Source of the DNA: Amphiscolops sp. MND2022
Lineage: Eukaryota
Assembly (NCBI GenBank): GCA_964187785.1
Contig: OZ076409.1
Location: forward strand, 84,446,001-84,510,000
Length of the DNA: 64,000 bases
Direction: 5' to 3'
Positions 59,560 to 64,000 of this stretch are shown here, one piece after another; within the stretch, counting starts at the first letter, position 1; each line of letters begins with the position of its first letter. The position numbers and the translations under genes are program-made. The notes below the pieces were generated by a model that was given only the letters and a program-made list of their open reading frames with translations, was not told the DNA's origin and made no database searches.

Positions 59560-59575
59560 ATCATTATTATTATTA
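59528..59575. repeat. (TTA)n microsatellite, right flank of the YR element
   Basis: About 10 TTA units, a short interruption, then further ATT units. Confidence 0.9.
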
Positions 59576-61803
59576 CAATACCTAAAGGCGGTGATTTTGA
59601 GCTTTTTATAGCGCAATTCGCTCAGTGATTGGCTCTCTCTTGATTTCTAAACTCGCCTCTTTCTCTTCCTTTTCTTTGTCTGATACTGATTCCTCAAAAA
59701 CGTTCAATTGATTAAGTTGGTCTTTATTTGGCTGTTCGAAAATGTTTTCTTTTTGATCGCTTTTCGACCCCATCAATGGGAGTTGTTCCCTTATCATTTA
59801 GCTCCGCTAAAGCTGGCAGCTTGGTGACGATTCGAACCGCCACTTGTGATCCCAAGATGCTTGTTTCAGTTTGGTCAGTTCCATAAACCAATAGTGCGTT
59901 ATGCGGTATTTCTTCCACTTGTCTCACTCTTTGATTGTCGGCTTCACTCGAGCAGCATGGTGCATATACACCCAAAAGCAACTTTGGAGTTATCGACTGC
60001 CGACAGAAGAAATGTGATACATTGTATGGGGTGATTGCTCAAGGACAGTTCCTTTTCTGTTCGACGATCGTTTTATATGACTCACACCTCTCAACCCAGG
60101 AGAAAAGCAGGGCTACAGATTTGAAAGTTGTGGAATGCTCACAAATCCCGGTGGTGGTTAGAGGTTGCTCACTAGAATCGTTCGGGTTAAACCAATCAGT
60201 GCGAAAACCTATGGAGAGAGCAATTGGTCTGTAAGCCTTGAACTCTTGTAGAAAAAGCCATGCCACTTTTAAGAGAAAAACTTTCAAGCAATTCGAACTA
60301 AGAGAAAGATAGGATTAGGTTCACGGGTCCCAGATCACTATCAGGCAAACGCTAGGGTACTGCTTCCACCTCGAATACCTACTGGGCTCTCGCTTTAAAA
60401 ATTAGTTGTTTCGGTGTTGTTTGGGATCGACTGGATTTTCCTCTAAAAGTTCCCTGCAACTGTTTGTGTTTGTTTTCGGCTAACTGTGAGAGAAATCTTC
60501 GCGAACGCACCACGATCAACCGCCTAACTAATCTCACAGGAATTAATTGTCCAAGGAAAAAGTTCAACTAGAGTAAAGAAAATTTTCATTATCAATGCTG
60601 TTAGGCTACACCAGTAGAAAGACTCTGAGGCGTTAGGCTGAGGCAACTCCGCAGTAAGAGAGAAAGAGAAGAATGAGGTGTGAGAGAAAGTCAATGTGAA
60701 AGTAAAGTTGGTGTTGGTTAACCCAGGGACAACTCCTGTGGTCAAACTCTCAGGTCCTCTGCAAGTTTTGATGTGATTTTCCTCTAAAAACTGCCCGTAG
60801 TTATACACTGTTGGCTGTAATTTGGTATCAGTTATCCGTCGCGTGTTGGATGTTCCTCAGACAGTTGTCGGTCATTTTTAATTCTTTTGTTGCCAACACT
60901 TGAGAATAGACCTCTCAGTGTCATAGTTTTTTTCCGTATCTAGAAAGTTTTTGGAACACTTGTCCGTTGGAAATGTCTTGATTTCTGTCATGTGCCTACA
61001 CCTGTACTTCAACTTAACAGCCGTATCGAACACGTTTCAATCGGTACTTTGTACTTTGAACTGCGTGCTCTATTTCTGGGCATCACATAGCAGGCAATTT
61101 TTTTAGTAATTTTCATTAACCGTAGAAGACGCTTCGTTTGAACTCTAATAGTTTTCGAAATATCTGCCATGTTGAAGTTCATGATAGCTTTTATACTTTT
61201 CATTTGTCTTGCCTAGCACAATCGGAACTTTTTGTCACGGTTAAATTAGCAAAGTACATAATCCATAAATATAACTCGACGTTTTATCAAATATAGGTTC
61301 GAATTTTTGTTCAAACAGATATTCAATTTGCCGTTTTGGGAACTCCTTGTTTGAAATTCGGTTAGCTGAATCTTTATTCCTGATTAATGAAGAAAAATAT
61401 TTTTACCGATTTAACACCTTCTGATTTGGTTCCTCCCGCTCGTTTCCTGACGAGAGTAGTTGAATCTTCAATGCTTTGAAAAACATCATCGTCTAATGGA
61501 ACTGACAAGGGCTCTTAAATAGACCAGTGAAGGAAATAATTTAAAGACCAGTAAATATTAAATTTTTCTTCATAGTAAACAGTTCTCGTTCATAATGACG
61601 TTGTGACTTCCCTTTATTTGTGGAGTTAATTCTCAAAGCGAATAATACTTCTGAAAGACCCAATGATTCATTTATTGTTTCAATAAGTATTAGCAAAAAA
61701 ACTTTGATTTCACAAAGGGTATAGCTTCCAGAATTTTCATAGTGAGCTTCATATTTAAAATAAAAACTTTCGTATTGATGACAAAACTTTATAGATTCGT
61801 TGA

Positions 61804-63151
61804 AACTCTGACCCGGACTGACACTCCAATCAATCCCATCGATGGCCATCACAACTATTTCCGATGGCCATCGATGGGATTTGAATTATCGCCCAGCGCA
61901 TAGGGGCACTTGTGGAGCATTTTAGGGTTAAATATAACTAATTTCAACCTACTATCACTGATTTTGGATCCTGAGTGAGCTTTCTCGAGCCTGAAACTCA
62001 CCTTTTTCGGAGCCTTGCCCTTGAATTGTTTGAAAAACAATTGAAAAACCTGGCAAAATTGCAATTATACGTATGAAAATGTGACGGAATCAAGCTCCCA
62101 TTGCTAAGAATACCACCTGCTTGTAAGAAGAAAAAATATCTGAAATATGTAGAAATTTGACTCTCAAAATTCGTTTTTGTATCAAAAAAATTTGGTGTTT
62201 TTTCCTTGGAAAATCAACAGAATCCGGTTTTTCACAAAGATAAATAATATGGATAAATATGTATAACTTCAGTTCCGAATAAAATATTTGGGCATCCTCG
62301 AAATCCCAAACAAAGCTTAAATAGACTGAACAAGCCGGTACCGGCCCAAGTCGACGCCATATCCAAGGCTCAAAAATATCAAAATGACTTCCAAGAGTCA
62401 ATTTACAGTACTCGAAAATCAAAAAAGCAAAAAAATGGACCGAGTGGCGCGCCGGGGCCCGCCAGGGCGAGCCCTTGGCGCGCTAAAAGGGGGACACTTC
62501 CGAAATTGTCATTTTTGTCGCAGTTGAAGGGGGACCCTTTGGAGAAAAAACAAATTTTCGGAAATCAAATCTCCGTGCCGAAAAACACTGAAAGGGGGAC
62601 CCTTTGGGATTTTTCAACATCCATTCTGACGCAAAACAGCAAAAAAATCGAAGGGGGGACCATTTGGGGAAAAAAATTTTCCAAAAAAAGTCGCAGTGCC
62701 GAAAAAAAAATTGAAAGGGGGCCCTTTGAACTCGCTCGGTGTGGTATGTTACGCGGAAAAACAGGAAAAACCTTTTTGGTTCAGTTCGCTAGGCCAAATG
62801 GTGCAATTTGGTGCAATAATATTTTGTAGAACTTTTAAGAACTAATTTGGTCAGTTCGTGTGGATAGAAAAAAAAGAGTCACTATAATAGTCGCGTTTCA
62901 CTCCATGAAGCGCCGACTAAAAACTTAAATGGCGAGATTTTTGTTGAACTTTTAAACATGGCCAAGTCGAAAGAATTTTTGTGATCAAAAGTTTTGATTC
63001 CCATCGATGGGATCATCGTTAGAAAAACCTCATCGATGCCCATCGATGTACCATTGTTGCCCATCGATGGACCATTGATGGCCATCGATGGGCCCCATGG
63101 GACTGCGATGGCCATCGATGAACTGCGATGGGATCTCAGTACGGGGAGTTA
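61804..63151. mobile_element. MITE-like element with CCATCGATGG subterminal repeats, containing a nested HINE-like repeat
   Basis: CCATCGATG(G) clusters at 61836-61878 and 63000-63132; weak inverted ends AACTC..CCGGACTGA / TCAGTACGGGGAGTT. Confidence 0.5.
62329..62923 (+). mobile_element. Non-autonomous Helentron/HINE-like repeat
   Basis: AACAAG start, GTCGACGCCATAT..AAGGCTCAAAAATAT, internal AAAGTCGCAGTGCCGAAAA and terminal AGTCGCG..GCGCCGACTAAAAA, all shared with 35238-35690. Confidence 0.55.
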
Positions 63152-64000
63152 ACAATACCTGGTTACTATTTCAAAGCAGAACACACTTTCAGAGAAAGAT
63201 AACGTTTTTGTTCCCAGCTTCAAAAGATAATTCAGCCCTATACCCCATACATACCAACTGTGAAACGTACCCCTAAAGTTTTTGCACAATAACCTTTTCG
63301 ATCATGTTTCACTATTTTCAAAACCACGATTTTGTTTTTTTTTCTAACTCATCAGACCATCCGAATTCGTTACAATTTCATGTTAACATGAAGCATTTTG
63401 AGCCCGAAAACGGAAAAAAAAATAACATGTTATTTGTTGTTCAGAATTAACGTCCACTCATAATTTTCGTGTTAATTTAAGTCTTTTATATGATTTATGC
63501 CTTAGGTGGAAGGTGCGAAACAGGGGCATCTCAAGTAAGAAAAAACTGGACTACCATTTGAAGGACCAAACAATGGCTATGACGAATTTATGAAGAAGCG
63601 ATGAACTTCCAGATAAATATCTTTTCTCAACCATTTGTCAGATTTTTTGTCACATGTGACCCTTAATGTCAACTTTCTCCTGTTTCTGTTCCATGACCTG
63701 CAAAAATATTGTCGCAAAGGTTGTGTGATCTCATTTTTTGGCCTAATTTTCAATGACTACCAAGTCTAACTTGATTTGCCAAGTGACAAGAGCTTGTGTT
63801 GAAATGGACTATCAATTGACAATCCATCGATTGGTTGTCAACTGCATGGGACGCTCAGAGCTGAGAAAATGCCTTGAATGTCATTTTCGGAGAGACTTTC
63901 CACTGCGAATCACTTTGATGCTAAGTTGGCGCAGGTTTCATAAAGCAATGACATTTTGAACATGTCGGCGGAAATTAGCATGATTTTGTGGTTCTCTTTA

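Noticed and set aside
59377..59628. Poly-Asn / poly-Ile ORFs
   Set aside because: Translations of the (ATT)n microsatellite.
62990..63135. CRISPR-like spaced repeats (CCATCGATGG)
   Set aside because: Repeats are 10 bp with short irregular spacing, no cas genes, eukaryotic TE context; better read as subterminal MITE motifs.

Overview
AT-rich eukaryotic (probably invertebrate) DNA made almost entirely of transposable elements; I recognise no host gene, RNA gene or CRISPR array. (1) 1-7471 is the 3' part of an unusual LTR element. Its ~1.85-kb LTR is overlapped by coding sequence at both ends, and the upstream region carries an antisense, intron-containing gene that looks like a derived hAT transposase with a BED-type zinc finger. 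Two related solo LTRs lie at 7846-9550 and 43631-44788. (2) 12980-29146 is a Ty3/Gypsy element with a rearranged 5' end, a ~4.4-kb leader with ~725-bp repeats, a duplicated protease fold, and a long post-integrase extension with AT-hook, Cys cluster and two TARG1/OARD1-like macrodomains. (3) There are several hAT elements/MITEs, a Tc1 relic, Helentron-type (HINE-like) repeats and a 182-bp spacer-less palindrome. (4) 48548-54424 is a minus-strand Gypsy element with TG...TA termini and a WLDD RT motif. (5) ~56206-59526 is an intact tyrosine-recombinase (Crypton-like) element inside an (ATT)n microsatellite, with att-like end structure. All homology calls are by-eye motif recognition and were not checked against databases.
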